Source of the DNA: Ignavibacteria bacterium
GTDB taxonomy: Bacteria; Bacteroidota; Ignavibacteria; Ignavibacteriales; SURF-24
DNA: 64,000 bases
Direction: 5' to 3'
Assembly: GCA_025612245.1 (NCBI GenBank)
Contig: JAAXKQ010000010.1
Location: 75,228-139,227 of the forward strand
A program made the translations under genes and the position numbers. The notes below the pieces were generated by a model, which was not told the DNA's origin, did not search any database, and saw only the letters and a program-made list of their open reading frames with translations. This document shows positions 20,259-30,987 of this stretch, one piece after another (position 1 is the stretch's first letter; every line of letters begins with the position of its first letter).

Positions 20259-20360
20259 AAGTACTTGTTATTTCGGGCGATAATTAATCTAAAAAAAATC
20301 CTGGGGCTTTTCTCTTTTCCTCTGTGATAACCTTCAGGCTCAATTTAATAAAACCGGCAT

Positions 20361-21746
20361 ATGATAGAACTAAGATTCAGCGCAATAAAAACAAACGGCC
20401 AGGTACTCAGCGGCACTCTTTCGGCACTTACCTTTAAGGAAGGTAAGACCAAGATTCAGCTGCTCGCAAAGAAAAACCAGCTTAAAGTAAAGTCTATCGA
20501 ACGCAAGTCGGCTTTCCTATATAAGGCCAGGAAGGCAGGCGAGAAGAAAACTATTAACGGCGAACAGAAGGCATTTACCAAAGAGGAAGTTATAACGGCG
20601 TTGGGAAAACTTGGCTACCAGGTAATTTCCATTAACCGCAAGCTGATTGACATAAACATGAAGCCTCCGCAGCCAGCCGTGGTTTCTTTTGTTAAGATCA
20701 GTGCTGAGCTTCTGGAGCAGAAGCTTCCTTTTAACGAGGTGCTCAATCTTCTTATAAACGACATTGAAAACAAGAGTCTCCGCGAATCCCTGAAAGAAAT
20801 TAACAATGAATTAAAAAAAGGCGCCGACAGCGAAGTTACCTTTCAGCGCTACCAAGGTGTATTCGGGAAATTTACGGCATACATGCTTGGTCTGGCTTCA
20901 AAGAGCGGCAACATGACGGAGATATACCGTGCCACGGCCAAGTTTCTTGAGCGCAGGATGGAATTTAAGAAGAACCTGAAAAGTGCGCTTATTACGCCAA
21001 TAGTAACGGTGTTTGTGCTGATGCTTGCGGTGCTTTTTTACGTAGGATACATTTTTCCTGAAACCGCAAAGCTGTTTGTGAAATTCAAGATGAAGCTGCC
21101 CCCGATGACGGCCTTTACGATGCATTTGAGTGATTTTCTTATGACCAACAAGCTGTTGGTAACGGCGTGCGTTGTTGTTCCGCCATTAATTCTACTTCAG
21201 CTTGCCTCTACACAGAAAGGGAAGCTAGTTGCACACAGGCTTATGCTCAGGATTCCCGTACTGGGATCGCTCATTCACAAGACGATGGTTGAAGTATTCT
21301 GCCGCGTGTTTTACACGATGTACAGCGGATCGGCCGAGAGCATAGAGCCTATACGCATTGCGGCTGAGGCCACGGGCAACAAATATTTTGAGAACCAGGT
21401 TAAGAATGTTTCGATACCACTGATGATAAAAAAAGGCGTAGGTATTACGGATGCGTTTGAGGCAAGCGGAGTATTTACTGAAACGGCTTTATCGCGCTTT
21501 CACTCGGGTGAGGAAACAGGCACAATAAAAAACACCGCGCTTCAGCTTGCGAATTATTATGAAAGTGAGACCACCTATAAGCTCAAGAATTTCATTGAGC
21601 TAGTACAGGTATTTATTGCAATGTTCATTATGGTTGTTATGATTCTCCTGACGCTTGTATCGGCTGAGACGGCAACAATATCGCCGACGAACCCGATGAC
21701 AACAACGGGCTTTATAACAATATTTACGGGAAGTATCGGCTTATGA
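20361..21746 (+). CDS. pilC: Type IV pilus/T2SS inner membrane platform protein (PilC/GspF)
   Basis: Two T2SSF repeats, LPPMT, RIPVLG, GEETG. Confidence 0.88.
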   Translation: MIELRFSAIKTNGQVLSGTLSALTFKEGKTKIQLLAKKNQLKVKSIERKSAFLYKARKAGEKKTINGEQKAFTKEEVITALGKLGYQVISINRKLIDINMKPPQPAVVSFVKISAELLEQKLPFNEVLNLLINDIENKSLRESLKEINNELKKGADSEVTFQRYQGVFGKFTAYMLGLASKSGNMTEIYRATAKFLERRMEFKKNLKSALITPIVTVFVLMLAVLFYVGYIFPETAKLFVKFKMKLPPMTAFTMHLSDFLMTNKLLVTACVVVPPLILLQLASTQKGKLVAHRLMLRIPVLGSLIHKTMVEVFCRVFYTMYSGSAESIEPIRIAAEATGNKYFENQVKNVSIPLMIKKGVGITDAFEASGVFTETALSRFHSGEETGTIKNTALQLANYYESETTYKLKNFIELVQVFIAMFIMVVMILLTLVSAETATISPTNPMTTTGFITIFTGSIGL

Positions 21747-23533
21747 TGGATTCCAGCCTCGAAATGACGGACAAGATTGGATACCTGCTGCTGAAGAAAG
21801 GTATCATAAATGTGGACGTCCTGGAGAAGGCTCTCCGTGTTAAGCAGAGTGACGAGGGGAAGGTAAAGCGTAACCTTGCGCAGATACTTGTTCAGGATTT
21901 CAATTTTGACCACGATACAATTTTCCGTCAGGTTGCAATACTATATGCATTCAGGGAGCTGAACGTTAAGGTTGAGGAAATTCCCGAAGGCCGTATAGAG
22001 GAAATGAAAAAGATGATTAACAGCGTACCCGAGGATCTGAAAAAGCAGATGCTTGAGCACTGTGTAATACCTTTTCATTACGATGAGAAAATAAGGGACA
22101 AAATGATTCTGGCCGCAATTGATCCAACGGACAGGAGCATTACAAGAATAGCATACGCGCTTAACGCAAAAAAATATGAAGTAAGCTACATAAGAAAAAA
22201 GGAGTACCTGAGGCTCATACAGATTCTCGTACCGCCTGAAAATGAGTATCTGAAGGCGATGGAGGACGCGCCCGAGGAAATTAACGTTGAGGTGCAGGAA
22301 GAGCTGATAGATGAAGACGCGCTTGAAGCAGAAATTAACAAGAGCGCGCTTATAAATCTTGTAGAAGGCGCGCTGATTGAAGGTGTACACCGCGGGGCAA
22401 GCGACATTCACTTTGTGCCAAAAGCAGGGAACAGGACGGAGGTTCTCTTTAGAATTGACGGCGACCTGAAGCTCTGGTTTCAGCAGGATAATACATGGCC
22501 CGAGGCGGTAATTGCGGTGGTAAAGGACCGTGCAAAAGGGCTGGACCGTTTTGAACGCGAGAAGGCGCAGGATGGATTTATACAAAGGGAAATTGACGGG
22601 CACACGATTCGCTTCCGCGTGTCTGTGCTTCCAATGGTAGGAACCGAGCTTAAAAATAAATTTGAATCCGTAGTAATAAGAATTCTTGATGACAGGAAGG
22701 TTATAAAGGATTTAGGCAAGCTGGGCTTAACGGGTTATGCCAACGATGCATTTGTTAAGGCCATAAAAAAACCGCAGGGAATGGTTATACTTACGGGTCC
22801 TACAGGAAGCGGCAAGAGCACGACGCTGGTTGCAGCGCTTTACCAGGTAATAGACCCGACGGTAAACGTGCTTACGGTTGAAGACCCGGTTGAATACGTT
22901 ATTGAAGGCGCGCGGCAGCTTAAGATTGGTCACAGGATGAATTTTGAACAAGCAATAAGAGCCATACTGCGGCACGACCCGGATATTGTGTTAGTTGGTG
23001 AGATGCGCGATAAGGAGACAGCCGACGTTGCAATTAAGCTTGCAAACACGGGTCACCTTACTTTTTCGACGCTTCACACCAATGACGCACCGAGTGCGGT
23101 TTCGAGGCTTTATAAAATGGGTATTGAGCCCTTCCTTATTGCCTATGCAATTAACATAATTGTTGCACAGAGACTTATAAGAAGGCTGTGTCCCGACTGC
23201 AAAAGGCGTGTTACGGAATTTGACGAAGGCCTAATGCACATGGCGGGGCTGGATATAGAGGAATGGCGCAATTACGAGATATATGAAGCCGCAGGCTGTC
23301 CAAGGTGCGGCAACACCGGTTACAAAGGCAGGCTTGCAATTCATGAGGCGCTTTATTTTACAAAGGAGATAAGGCGCTTGATTGTGCAGGCGGGTGAAGA
23401 GGTGGATGAAGAGAGAATTCGCGTACAGGCAAAGCAGGATGGAACGATGAGCCTGCGCGATGCGGGATTTGAAAAGGTAAAGCTGGGGCTTACTTCAATT
23501 GAAGAAGTATTGTCTTCAACGACGGACGATTAA
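21743..23533 (+). CDS. pilB: Type IV pilus extension ATPase (PilB/GspE)
   Basis: ASDIHF, GPTGSGKSTT, TVEDPVE, LRHDPD..LVGEMRD, LHTNDA, CPDC...CPRC zinc motif. Confidence 0.93.
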   Translation: MMDSSLEMTDKIGYLLLKKGIINVDVLEKALRVKQSDEGKVKRNLAQILVQDFNFDHDTIFRQVAILYAFRELNVKVEEIPEGRIEEMKKMINSVPEDLKKQMLEHCVIPFHYDEKIRDKMILAAIDPTDRSITRIAYALNAKKYEVSYIRKKEYLRLIQILVPPENEYLKAMEDAPEEINVEVQEELIDEDALEAEINKSALINLVEGALIEGVHRGASDIHFVPKAGNRTEVLFRIDGDLKLWFQQDNTWPEAVIAVVKDRAKGLDRFEREKAQDGFIQREIDGHTIRFRVSVLPMVGTELKNKFESVVIRILDDRKVIKDLGKLGLTGYANDAFVKAIKKPQGMVILTGPTGSGKSTTLVAALYQVIDPTVNVLTVEDPVEYVIEGARQLKIGHRMNFEQAIRAILRHDPDIVLVGEMRDKETADVAIKLANTGHLTFSTLHTNDAPSAVSRLYKMGIEPFLIAYAINIIVAQRLIRRLCPDCKRRVTEFDEGLMHMAGLDIEEWRNYEIYEAAGCPRCGNTGYKGRLAIHEALYFTKEIRRLIVQAGEEVDEERIRVQAKQDGTMSLRDAGFEKVKLGLTSIEEVLSSTTDD

Positions 23534-23562
23534 AAAATATTTCACAATTTATTTAACTCTCA

Positions 23563-24789
23563 ATGGTAAACGAAACAAAAAAGATACTATCGGGATTTGC
23601 TGGAAAAATTCCAGGCACGTATTTCGGTCCCGACCGCATCAGCTGGATAGCAGAGCACCTGCCGATGCTGCAGGAAGAGGAGCGGAGGATACTTCTGTGC
23701 ATGGTTAATTACCTTCTAACGGAGATGATTGAAAAGAGTGCGTCCGATATTGAGCTAGGGGGTAACGGCACCGGGGGCTTTGTGTGGTTCAGGGTATTCG
23801 GCAAAAAGGAACCGGCAAGGAACCTTCCCACCTTTAGTGCCGATGAAGCGGCCGTGCTGATATTAAGCCTGTTAAACCAGAGCCAGAGGAATTCACTTTT
23901 GGCGCACAGGAACCTGGATTTTTCCTACACGTTTTACCACGAGAAGAAAAAAGATAATGTACGTTTCAGAGCCGACGCATACTATGACCTGGATTGCCTT
24001 GCCCTCAATATGAGGGCAATATCCAGCACTCTGCGATCCATACAGTCGATAGGTTTTCAGCCTGGTGTTCTGAAGGTTATGAGTCACGCATACGTAAAGC
24101 AGGGTCTGACGCTAATTACGGGCATTACGGGTTCCGGTAAATCAACAACGCTGGATGCGATTGTGGACTGGCATAACCAGTCGGACCCGGCGCACGTAGT
24201 AATAATAGCGGCACCTATAGAATTTGTTCACAAGTCAAACGCCTGTATCATTCGTCACCGAGAAGTGGGGCGTGACGTTCCGACATTCAAAGAAGGTGTA
24301 ATACAGTCATTGCGTCAGGACCCGGATATAATAGTAATCGGAGAAATGAGGGATCCGGATACAATTATGGCAGCTCTTGAAGTTACAGATACGGGTCACA
24401 AGGTATTTTCGACGCTACACACCTCAAGTGCAGTTGAATCGATAGACAGAATTATTGCCGAGGTACACCCTTCGGAGCAGGAAAGGGTCAGGAACCGGCT
24501 TGCTGACGTTCTGGTTTCCATAGTCTCGCAGAAGCTGGTACCCAGTCTGGATGGCAAGCGTGTTCTTGCCAAAGAGGTTCTGGTAGTAAATGCGAGTGTA
24601 AGGGCCGCGATCAAGAACAACAACACGAGCGAGATTTACATGATGATAAACCAGGGCGGGCAGTACGGCATGAATACTATGGAACAGGATTTGAAGAGTC
24701 TTTATATAGCCAGGAAGATCTCTCTGGAGAATGCAATGGCTTATGCGAATAATAAACAGAGGATGCAGCAAATACTTGCGGCGGTGTAA
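23563..24789 (+). CDS. pilT: Type IV pilus retraction ATPase (PilT/PilU family)
   Basis: GITGSGKSTT, HREVG.D, SLRQDPD..VIGEMRD, TGHKVFSTLHT, GMNTMEQ. Confidence 0.88.
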   Translation: MVNETKKILSGFAGKIPGTYFGPDRISWIAEHLPMLQEEERRILLCMVNYLLTEMIEKSASDIELGGNGTGGFVWFRVFGKKEPARNLPTFSADEAAVLILSLLNQSQRNSLLAHRNLDFSYTFYHEKKKDNVRFRADAYYDLDCLALNMRAISSTLRSIQSIGFQPGVLKVMSHAYVKQGLTLITGITGSGKSTTLDAIVDWHNQSDPAHVVIIAAPIEFVHKSNACIIRHREVGRDVPTFKEGVIQSLRQDPDIIVIGEMRDPDTIMAALEVTDTGHKVFSTLHTSSAVESIDRIIAEVHPSEQERVRNRLADVLVSIVSQKLVPSLDGKRVLAKEVLVVNASVRAAIKNNNTSEIYMMINQGGQYGMNTMEQDLKSLYIARKISLENAMAYANNKQRMQQILAAV

Positions 24790-24794
24790 AATTT

Positions 24795-26345
24795 ATGAAA
24801 ACATTAGTATGTATATACTGTGAAGGTAACGATACAAAGCTTGCGGTAGTTACCAAAGAAAAAAAGCAGTACAGGCTCATAAGAGTCAGCGACTTAGACC
24901 TTGTTTCGGCGCGGCAGGCCACGGTAGAATCTTTTTCGGCCATAAGTCTGGAAGGCATGTCGGGCGATATTTCTCTTGGGGACATAAGCGGCACCGAGCC
25001 CGCAGTGGGCAGCGCAGCTTCGGGCGAAGGGTTACTGACTTCCGCCTTGAACGGCCTGAACCTGAATGACTGCGAGTTTATTCCGGCAATTACAGAGCCC
25101 GCGGTACATTACCACGTTTTTGAAGGCGCGAAGGAATTGAAGGATAATAAGAGCGCCAAGCTCGTTCAGGCAATGGTTGATGAGATCCAGAAATCCAAAA
25201 ACATTGCGGTTCCCAAAAGCAACCTTGGTTACAAAGAACTTGCCGGCGGGCAGCACATTGCGGTTTTTGCCGACGGTGAGATCCACTGCATAGAAAACAT
25301 AAACTCGCTTGCACGCGCGAACGGCAGAAGATATTACCGGATTCCATCGGTAAAATGTGCCGATCTTTCACTTGCGTACTACGCCGCCGCGAAGAAAAAA
25401 TTCTTTCCCGATGACTACTCACTAGTTGTTTACATAGGTAAGGAATACAGCAAGCTGATATTTTTGCAGGGAAAAGAGCTCAAGCACATTGGGGCTACAC
25501 TGGACATAGGGACATTAAACCTTCATACATACGACGTTTACTTTTCGAAGATTCTTCTTGAAATGGAGAACGGCGGCATTCCGCGCATAGACAACGTTGT
25601 CATTTGCGGCGAGGATGAATCGGAGAACCTGGTGCTCTCGTTTTACGGCACCTTCCCGGAGGCAAACGTAAGCAAGCTTGATTTCAAGGATTTAGACATA
25701 AGTCAGCTTGATGACGAGTTAAAAGAAAAGGTATCGAGCTTCAGCGTTCCGATTGCAGTGGCATACGAATACTTTTCGGAGCTTGAAGGCAGGTACAAGG
25801 GAATTAATCTTCTTCCGCAGTACGTAAGGGAGGACCAGAAGTTTTTTCAGTTTGCCTGGTACAGTCTGCTCATTCTGCCATTGCTGTTTTTCCTTACGTT
25901 CTTTTTTACAAAGACGGCGCTGGTTAACAACAAGGAAATTAACAGGCTGGACAAGAGCATTAACGAGCTGACGCTTGTGCAGCAGAGGAACCAGAAGATC
26001 ATTGACGAGATAAAACACCAGCAGAGCAGGATAGACAATTTCGGTTCCACGCAGGCCATACTCGATTCGGCGTCGAAGGGTGCCGAAGTGTGGGGGAATG
26101 TTTCCCAAAAGATGGCGGATTTTATAATGGGGCGCAAGGGGATGTGGATTACCGGAATACAATCGGACCAGAAGAACCAGGTTACGGTTAACGGATATTC
26201 CCTTACTCGCGGAGTAATAACGGCTTTTTCCGACTACAATGAGGCGATTTTAAGAAGCATAACCTATGAGCCGCTGCGCGAGAAAAACGCTTATAAATTT
26301 ACCATGAATTTTAACATGTTACAAAATACCGGGAAAGTAAAATGA
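24795..26345 (+). CDS. Probable PilM-PilN fusion (pilus alignment complex)
   Basis: Soluble N-terminal region, INLLP motif, TM helix, coiled coil and ferredoxin-like C-terminus; position in operon. Confidence 0.65.
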   Translation: MKTLVCIYCEGNDTKLAVVTKEKKQYRLIRVSDLDLVSARQATVESFSAISLEGMSGDISLGDISGTEPAVGSAASGEGLLTSALNGLNLNDCEFIPAITEPAVHYHVFEGAKELKDNKSAKLVQAMVDEIQKSKNIAVPKSNLGYKELAGGQHIAVFADGEIHCIENINSLARANGRRYYRIPSVKCADLSLAYYAAAKKKFFPDDYSLVVYIGKEYSKLIFLQGKELKHIGATLDIGTLNLHTYDVYFSKILLEMENGGIPRIDNVVICGEDESENLVLSFYGTFPEANVSKLDFKDLDISQLDDELKEKVSSFSVPIAVAYEYFSELEGRYKGINLLPQYVREDQKFFQFAWYSLLILPLLFFLTFFFTKTALVNNKEINRLDKSINELTLVQQRNQKIIDEIKHQQSRIDNFGSTQAILDSASKGAEVWGNVSQKMADFIMGRKGMWITGIQSDQKNQVTVNGYSLTRGVITAFSDYNEAILRSITYEPLREKNAYKFTMNFNMLQNTGKVK

Positions 26346-27232
26346 ACCGGAAGACAAAAAACACACTGATACTGCTGGCTATTTTAATTTTCATAAGTGC
26401 AGCCGGGGGTTCCTACAGCTTCATTTACCAGAAGAAACAGCTTCAGAAGAAAACCAAAAGGGAACAGGAGCTTAAGGCCAGCGCGGTAAGCACCAGTGAG
26501 CTTGAAGAGCAGCTGAAGGCAGTAAAGATCAAGGCGATGGCTCTGGATTCAATTCTTTCTAAAAGGAAGTACAATATACCCAAAAGGCTGCACCAGACGG
26601 ATTTTTACAACTTTGTTAACAGGGCGTCTTACGACTTTTCCCCTTACACGCACATAGACATTGAATATGCCGACACAAAGGTTGAGAAGCCGTTTAATGC
26701 CTTTACGTATAAAGTATCGGGCGCAGGGGAGTTTAACGACGTTTATCACCTGATTTATGCCATTGAGCAGAGCAAGGAATTGAAGAAGATAAAGAACATG
26801 AATCTTTCCGCCTCTATAACGCCGGACAAGAACGAGGTATCGCACTACCTGGTGTCGTTTAACTTCAACGTGCACGTTTACTTTGCGAACGACGACCGTT
26901 TTACGACTTCGAGCTTTGTGGAAAACTCACTTGAGCCCGGGAGGATTTACGATATGTTCTACCCGCTCATCCGTACGCAGCTGCCGCCGAACGTGGATGA
27001 CCTGGCCGAGGTTGAAAGCGCAAAGCTTCTTGCACTGGTACCGGACGGGGCATACATAGCCGATGCCAAGGGAAATACGTTTATGCTTATGGAAGGCGAC
27101 CCGGTATACCTTGGTTACCTTACGAAAATAGATTATGAAACCAATCAGGTTACATTCATTCTCAATAAAGGCGGAATAGTTGAAAAAGTATTCCTGAAAC
27201 TTGACAAAGAAGACAATAGGAAGAAAAAATAA
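26342..27232 (+). CDS. PilO-like alignment protein with C-terminal extension (possibly PilP-like)
   Basis: N-terminal TM, coiled coil, G.F..VY.LI..IE motif; between PilMN and secretin. Confidence 0.6.
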   Translation: MNRKTKNTLILLAILIFISAAGGSYSFIYQKKQLQKKTKREQELKASAVSTSELEEQLKAVKIKAMALDSILSKRKYNIPKRLHQTDFYNFVNRASYDFSPYTHIDIEYADTKVEKPFNAFTYKVSGAGEFNDVYHLIYAIEQSKELKKIKNMNLSASITPDKNEVSHYLVSFNFNVHVYFANDDRFTTSSFVENSLEPGRIYDMFYPLIRTQLPPNVDDLAEVESAKLLALVPDGAYIADAKGNTFMLMEGDPVYLGYLTKIDYETNQVTFILNKGGIVEKVFLKLDKEDNRKKK

Positions 27233-27233
27233 G

Positions 27234-28496
27234 ATGAAACGAATAATTATCTGTCTGCTAGTGCTTGCTTTTGCAATGCCCTTATATTCACAGAAGGAGC
27301 TGGAAAAAGAGCTCAGCGGGTACAACAATCCAGATGAGCTGGTAACTCTTTCAGAAGATGTTCCTTTCAGTAAAGCCGTTGAGATCTTAAGCAAGGTCAG
27401 TGTTAAGACAACGGGCAAAAACATTGTTTCAACGGCAAGCCTTAACAACCCGATTGGGGTGGAAATAGTAAAGATGCCATATAAAAAGGCGCTTACGATA
27501 ATTGTACAGTATGCCAATCTGACGTACGAGGAAAGTGCCGATGCGATTATAATAAGGGCAAAGAGCCAGGAGAAAAAAGAAGAAGAAAAGCCGGATAATA
27601 TTTATGCCGCCGTGGATTCGAGGGAGGTAAAGATATCGGCTGTGTTCTTTGAGGCGGACGTATCGGAGATGAGGACGCGGGGAATTAACTGGCAGTTTCT
27701 GCTTTCGCAGAAGAATCTGACGCTTGGAGCGCAGAGCACGACGATGTCGCAGTCGGCTTCCACGAGCAGTTCGGATAACAGCAGCAGCAGCAGTACGGCG
27801 ACAACGACCTCGCCGGACTTTAATTTAAACGGTGCGGCATCGAATTTCAACATCGGGAACTTTACGGGAGCCGCGACGGCATTATTCCGTTTTTTTGAGA
27901 CAGAGAACCTGGGTGAGATAATAGCATCGCCATCTGTAAGTGTAAGGAGCGGGCAGAAGGGGAGGATACAGATAGGGAGTGATTTTTCGATAAAGACGAG
28001 AGATTTTTCGGGAAATATTATAGATAAATTTTATCCGACAGGTACAATTATAGAAGTAACTCCTTATATTTACAGGGAAGATAATCTGGATTATGTGCTT
28101 CTGCAGCTTAATGTTGAGAGGAGCAGCGCTATACCTTCCGAAGTATCGACGGAAATCAGGAAGACCTCGGCCAACACGCAGGTTTTAATGTTAAACGGCG
28201 AAGAGACCGTGATTGGCGGGCTTTTTATAAATGATGAGACGATTGACAGAACAGGAATTCCCATACTGAAGGATCTGCCGTGGTGGGTTCTTGGAATAAG
28301 GTATCTTACCGGCAGTGACCAGAAGATAGTCCGCAAAAAAGAAGTTGTTATTTTAATAAAGACGGAACTGATGCCGAGCCTGAAAGAGAGGCTAGCGATG
28401 CCCAAGGGCGGGAATAAAATTCAGCAGGAAGTTCAAAGGAATACCGAACAAATTAAATTCTATCAGTTTAACCAAAATCAACAGGAAGAAAAGTAG
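27234..28496 (+). CDS. pilQ: Secretin (PilQ/GspD family)
   Basis: Signal peptide, GINW, IIASPSV, GT.IEVTP, GEETVIGGL, GIPILKDLP. Confidence 0.85.
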   Translation: MKRIIICLLVLAFAMPLYSQKELEKELSGYNNPDELVTLSEDVPFSKAVEILSKVSVKTTGKNIVSTASLNNPIGVEIVKMPYKKALTIIVQYANLTYEESADAIIIRAKSQEKKEEEKPDNIYAAVDSREVKISAVFFEADVSEMRTRGINWQFLLSQKNLTLGAQSTTMSQSASTSSSDNSSSSSTATTTSPDFNLNGAASNFNIGNFTGAATALFRFFETENLGEIIASPSVSVRSGQKGRIQIGSDFSIKTRDFSGNIIDKFYPTGTIIEVTPYIYREDNLDYVLLQLNVERSSAIPSEVSTEIRKTSANTQVLMLNGEETVIGGLFINDETIDRTGIPILKDLPWWVLGIRYLTGSDQKIVRKKEVVILIKTELMPSLKERLAMPKGGNKIQQEVQRNTEQIKFYQFNQNQQEEK

Positions 28497-28505
28497 GAAA
28501 GTATC

Positions 28506-28886
28506 ATGGAATCAATTTTAATAGTAGACGATGATATAAATCTGTGCTCGCTGCTCAAAGAAGAGCTGAATGAGATCGGATACGATGCTTATTCGGTAAA
28601 CAGTGCAGACGAAACATTTGCCTTTCTTGATTCCGGACACTTGGTGGATTTAATACTTCTGGACTTAAAGATGCCAGAAAAGGACGGGTTTTATGTGCTT
28701 GAGACGCTGAAGTCCAGAAAGGCGGACGTCAGGGTTATTGTACTCACAGCATATGCCGACGTAAAGAGTGCGATAGATTCGGCAAAGCTTGGGGCAAGTG
28801 ATTTCATCAGTAAACCGTACGATTTTGATGAACTGCTCATTACGATAAGAAAAGTATTGCAAAAAGAAAAAGAACATGAAGATTAG
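28506..28886 (+). CDS. Single-domain response regulator
   Basis: ILIVDDD, LLDLKMP, LTAY, ISKPY. Confidence 0.92.
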   Translation: MESILIVDDDINLCSLLKEELNEIGYDAYSVNSADETFAFLDSGHLVDLILLDLKMPEKDGFYVLETLKSRKADVRVIVLTAYADVKSAIDSAKLGASDFISKPYDFDELLITIRKVLQKEKEHED

Positions 28887-30987
28887 CTACAGGATACTGA
28901 TATTTGTATTATTAGTTGTAGCTTTTGTTTTTGCCAGTTCCATTCTTACTTTCTACTCAGTTACGGGGAAAATAGTTTTAGGTCTTGCCGGCGCTGCCCT
29001 GTCGCTGGTTCTTGTTCTTTTATTGCTCGATAAAAACGCGCGGGCAAAAATTGAACACTCCGGGTTTTTAGCCCTGATAAATCAGAACCTGTCGTTAAGG
29101 GAAATGTCGGATGCCGTACTGGCAAATATCATAAGTGCAACCAGGCTTACGGTGGGGAGGCTATTTATAGTTGACAACGGCCAGCCAAGAATACTTTCTT
29201 CATTTGGACTTTTGAATGAAACCTCGCTTACGGGAAATAAGATTGACCTTTACCAGCGTGTAATTGAAAAAGGCGAAGAAGCCGAGTTTCATTTTACGGA
29301 AAACTTTCCCGTGGTGCATTCGGGCATAGTAGCCCTTTCAATAAGGTATCTTTTGATTTATCCGGTTGTTTATAACCAGAAAGTTATTGCCGTGCTGGAA
29401 ATGGCCTCGGTAAGCCAGCCGCGAAAAGGTGTAAAGGAATATCTTGCCAACATAAAGGATCAGCTTGCGGCAGGCCTCAGCAAGGCATATGCCATGAGTC
29501 AGCTTGAAAACCTTGTGCGGGAGCTGAAGGTAAATAACGAAAAAGCTCCGCAGCAGGAAGAAGGTGTGCAGGCGCCTACCGGAGAGAACACTCCAAAGAT
29601 CGATTCAGCCGTAAAAACGGAAGAAGAAAAAGCCACTCCAAAAGCCGAGGCAATGAAAGCCATATTTACTGAAGATGAGTCCGGCGTTATAAAGGACGGG
29701 GAGACGGCTCTTTCAGCAAGAAAGACTTCGGAAGAGCTTCAGAGGGAAATTGAAAAAAGGGCTTCGCATTCAATACTAATAGCAGACAGTAATTCCGACA
29801 ACAGAAAGATTATTGCGCGTTATCTTACGGCAAAGCACTATAACGTTCTGCAGTCGGCAGGCGTTATGGAAAGTCTGAAGGAAATAGAGGAGAAAAAGCC
29901 CTTTGCGGTTACGCTTTCGCTCAACGCGCAGGATCAGGCGCCGTGGGAGGTTCTGAAAAAGATCAAGGAAGGCGACCAGACGCGCAGCTTACCGGTAATA
30001 ATGTACAACACGGTGGACCCGCTGAACTTTGGCTACGGGCTTCAGGTTTATGAATATCTTTTCAGGCCTCTAGGTGCGGATGAGATAAGTCTGTTTGCCG
30101 AAAGGCTTTCGGCACTTTCAAAAAGGGAAGTTAAGAACATTATATGTGCGGGGTTTGAGGAAGGCGAAATTCAGCGGTTAAAAGGTGAGCTGAAAGAAAA
30201 TTCTGTTAAGATTACTTATGTAAAAGAGCCTACCGCCGCATTCAGGATGATACTGAAGCTACAGCCGGAGCTGGTGTTAATAGATGCCTTTATGGATAAA
30301 GGCGGGAGCATTTCGCTTCTGGACAGGCTTAAGACGTCTTTTGAGACGCGGGAGATACCCGTTGTAATGTGTCTCAGGCCCGAGCCGGGCAAGGAAGACC
30401 TGGCGCTTCTTGACAGTTCAATTGAGAAGGTTACAATCAGGGCAAAAGGCCACAGGATAGACATACTGAAGGCAATAAGGGACAGGATATTACTTGAGGA
30501 GGGCTTTACCGAGGAGGACACATCCTCTATACTGATTGAAGGGAAGACGGGTGAAGATGAAACGCCTGAGGGGACAGCGGGTCAGGGGGCAAAAAGAATT
30601 CCCTCTAATAAAGTTTTAATAGTTGACGATGATGCTAATACGCTTTCCGCAATCTGTGAAGTAGTAAACAAAGCCGGCTGCGAGAGTGTGCTGGCAAAAA
30701 GCGGCATGGAGTGCATATCGATGCTGCAGAAGTTCAAGCCGGACCTGATATTGCTGGATATAATGATGCCGCAGATGGACGGTTTTGAGACAATAAAAAG
30801 AATTAAGGCAGAGAGAAACCTAAAGGATATTCCGGTCTTTGCCCTTACGGCGCACGAAATGATTGAAGAGAAGGAGATTTTAATCAGGAATGGTTTCGAC
30901 GACTTTGTATCAAAACCCGTGAATTCCGGATCTCTGTCCTTTAAGATTGAAAAGGTTCTAAATAATATAACAGAGTTTGAGAAATGA
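28876..30987 (+). CDS. Membrane-anchored GAF + triple receiver-domain protein, no kinase domain
   Basis: N-terminal TMs, GAF-like region (LLIYPV...IAVLE), degenerate REC, REC (VLIDAFM), intact REC (LLDIMMPQMDG). Confidence 0.75.
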   Translation: MKISYRILIFVLLVVAFVFASSILTFYSVTGKIVLGLAGAALSLVLVLLLLDKNARAKIEHSGFLALINQNLSLREMSDAVLANIISATRLTVGRLFIVDNGQPRILSSFGLLNETSLTGNKIDLYQRVIEKGEEAEFHFTENFPVVHSGIVALSIRYLLIYPVVYNQKVIAVLEMASVSQPRKGVKEYLANIKDQLAAGLSKAYAMSQLENLVRELKVNNEKAPQQEEGVQAPTGENTPKIDSAVKTEEEKATPKAEAMKAIFTEDESGVIKDGETALSARKTSEELQREIEKRASHSILIADSNSDNRKIIARYLTAKHYNVLQSAGVMESLKEIEEKKPFAVTLSLNAQDQAPWEVLKKIKEGDQTRSLPVIMYNTVDPLNFGYGLQVYEYLFRPLGADEISLFAERLSALSKREVKNIICAGFEEGEIQRLKGELKENSVKITYVKEPTAAFRMILKLQPELVLIDAFMDKGGSISLLDRLKTSFETREIPVVMCLRPEPGKEDLALLDSSIEKVTIRAKGHRIDILKAIRDRILLEEGFTEEDTSSILIEGKTGEDETPEGTAGQGAKRIPSNKVLIVDDDANTLSAICEVVNKAGCESVLAKSGMECISMLQKFKPDLILLDIMMPQMDGFETIKRIKAERNLKDIPVFALTAHEMIEEKEILIRNGFDDFVSKPVNSGSLSFKIEKVLNNITEFEK

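Noticed and set aside
27745-27810. AGC microsatellite in pilQ as a phase-variation tract
   Set aside because: Short, in-frame, and encodes a Ser/Thr linker common in secretins.
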